Program-made: the position numbers and the translations under genes
Assembly: GCA_964394855.1 (NCBI GenBank)
Contig: CAYMZD010000003.1
Coordinates: forward strand, 94,041-158,040
DNA from: an uncultured Gammaproteobacteria bacterium
GTDB lineage: Bacteria > Patescibacteriota > Microgenomatia > Daviesbacterales > UBA10151
Direction of reading: 5' to 3'
Length of the DNA stretch: 64,000 bases
The notes under the pieces: model-generated
What the model was told of the DNA's origin: nothing
Database searches by the model: none
The model's input: the letters and a program-made list of their open reading frames with translations, nothing else
Shown here: positions 62,403 through 64,000 of the stretch, one piece after another
Layout: every line of letters begins with the position of its first letter
Position numbering within the stretch: the stretch's first letter is position 1

Positions 62403-63244
62403 ATACTCCCCTTCCCAAATTTTCCTATCAGAAAATCAAATAAGGCTAGTCTTCTTTTAGGGTTACTTATATTTTTTACTACTTCCCTAAGTAATGCAAA
62501 TTTTGTTCTGAAAGACAGATGTTTAAAAGCAAAAAGTAGTCTGCTCCTGGTTATGTAATAATCTTGCAGGGGCGAACCTAAACCGGTTGAGCTGGCATTT
62601 TTGTGAAAAACTTTTCCCTTTGGTGAATAAAGGATTTTCAATCCGGCTTTTTTTGCTCTAAAGCAAAAATCAGCATCCTCGTAATATAAGAAAAATCTCT
62701 CGTCAAAAAAACCAATCTTTTTAAAAACAACCTTATCAATTAAAATAGCTGCTCCACTGACAAAATCCGTTTGTTCAGTTTTTTCGTATTGACCATGATC
62801 TTTCTCATCTACTCCCCTGTGACTCCCGGAAACATTATCTTTATCAAAAATTCCTCCGGCATACCATATGGTTTTTTTATCGGCAAAATATATCTTGGGA
62901 CCAACTATTCCAGCATTTTCTCTTGTGGCAACTTCTATTAAATTCAAAACGCAATCTTTATCTAGACTAGCATCTGGATTTAAAATAAAAACATAGTCCA
63001 TGCCTTCCTTCAAAGCAATTTTGATACCAACATTATTTCCACCGCTATAACCTAAATTTTCTTTATTTTCTATAAAAGTTACCTCGGGAAACTTTTTAAT
63101 TTCACTGGATAGCCCATCTTCAGAATGATTATCAATAACGATAATATGTAAATCCTGATAATTTGAACTTCTGACCGATTCAAGGCATTCCAAAGTTTCT
63201 TTTTTTAATTTATAATTTAAAATTACAATGGCTACTTTTTTCAT
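62399..63244 (-). CDS. GT2 glycosyltransferase (rhamnosyltransferase-like)
   Basis: VILNY, ENLGYSGGNNVG, LNPDA, FDERFFLYYEDADFC. Confidence 0.9.
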   Translation of the reverse strand: MKKVAIVILNYKLKKETLECLESVRSSNYQDLHIIVIDNHSEDGLSSEIKKFPEVTFIENKENLGYSGGNNVGIKIALKEGMDYVFILNPDASLDKDCVLNLIEVATRENAGIVGPKIYFADKKTIWYAGGIFDKDNVSGSHRGVDEKDHGQYEKTEQTDFVSGAAILIDKVVFKKIGFFDERFFLYYEDADFCFRAKKAGLKILYSPKGKVFHKNASSTGLGSPLQDYYITRSRLLFAFKHLSFRTKFALLREVVKNISNPKRRLALFDFLIGKFGKGSI

Positions 63245-63876
63245 TTTTCAAACATAACTAATTTCAACATTCCCAAATTAAAAGTTTTGGTCAATTTTAT
63301 CTTTAAATCAAAATCTTTAAGAAAATTTTCCAATTTTCTGCCATCGAAACTTTGAACATGTGCATGACTCCATATCGGATAATAGAGTGTCCATAAAAAC
63401 CATACTGTCTTAAAAAGCTTACTTTCACTGGGAACTAAAATTATACCCCAACCTCCTTTTTTTAATATTCTTTTTATTTCAGAGATTACTTTAAGTGGAT
63501 TATCTACATGTTCTAAAACTTCAAGACAAAAAATTGCATCAAAAAAATTATTTTTAAATGGGAGGTTAGCTGCATCTGCAATTTGAAAATTTCCATAAGG
63601 AATTCTTTTTTGGGCCAGTTTTAAAGCCGATGGGGAGATGTCAATTCCGTAAATTTTTCTGGTTTGAAGTTTATTCAAAAGTTGCTCTGTAAATGTACCT
63701 GCATGACAACCGATATCCAAGACAGTTCCATTGATCGGTTGAATAATTTTTAAAACTTCACTAAATCTGCGCCGATGCCAAAATTTTTGAAATAAATTTC
63801 TTTTTATTCCTTTATCATAATGGTCTGCTGGCACATTTTCATGAATTTCCACTAAATTTTTGTGCGAATCTGTCAT
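63241..63876 (-). CDS. Class I SAM-dependent methyltransferase
   Basis: VLDIGCHAG, GIDIS, DAANLPF, EVLEHV, RILKKGG. Confidence 0.9.
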   Translation of the reverse strand: MTDSHKNLVEIHENVPADHYDKGIKRNLFQKFWHRRRFSEVLKIIQPINGTVLDIGCHAGTFTEQLLNKLQTRKIYGIDISPSALKLAQKRIPYGNFQIADAANLPFKNNFFDAIFCLEVLEHVDNPLKVISEIKRILKKGGWGIILVPSESKLFKTVWFLWTLYYPIWSHAHVQSFDGRKLENFLKDFDLKIKLTKTFNLGMLKLVMFEK

Positions 63877-64000
63877 ACAAAAGAAGTATTATCAAAATAC
63901 CTCCCGCAATTAAGGTTACCACCTTTCCTGCCTGAAAGCTACTTGGTTGATATTTTATAACCACTTCATGATTACCTTTCTCCACAGGAGTGGCCATGAA
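63839..64000 (-). CDS. Partial (3' end) YfhO-family membrane protein
   Basis: Manual translation FMATPVEKGNHEVVIKYQPSSFQAGKVVTLIAGGILIILLLY..* matches the YfhO C-terminal G.H.V...Y.P.SF..G + TM pattern; not in the ORF track. Confidence 0.75.
   Translation of the reverse strand, partial: FMATPVEKGNHEVVIKYQPSSFQAGKVVTLIAGGILIILLLYDRFAQKFSGNS

Overview
AT-rich (roughly one-third GC by eye), almost fully coding window that is one continuous surface-glycosylation locus running off both ends. It holds 53 complete CDS plus 2 partial ones. These include 15 complete and 2 partial multi-TM GT-C-fold transferases (ArnT/PMT_2-like, PTPS-related/YfhO-like, PIG-V-like, GT87-like), several polyprenyl-phosphate sugar synthases (GT2) and soluble GT2/GT4 enzymes. 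There are also three flippase types (GtrA, LPG-synthase-TM, Wzx), sugar-modifying enzymes (Fcl, two atypical SDRs, a TIM-barrel isomerase, an FAD oxidoreductase) and tailoring enzymes (6 methyltransferase domains, 2 carbamoyltransferases, 1 acetyltransferase). Gene content, near-absence of Shine-Dalgarno sites, leaderless-type promoters and TGA stops suggest a code-11 Patescibacteria/CPR organism, probably Microgenomates (inference). I saw no RNA genes, CRISPR arrays, transposases or integrases. The best candidates for novelty are: a putative lipid-linked rare-sugar module containing a catalytically degenerate GtrB-like protein (5.9-14.0 kb), a GT2::GT-C fusion, a duplicated carbamoyltransferase 5' end bracketing a 3-gene cassette, and a GC-rich palindrome inserted in-frame in a GT-C gene. 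All family calls come from motif recognition by eye; no database search was run.
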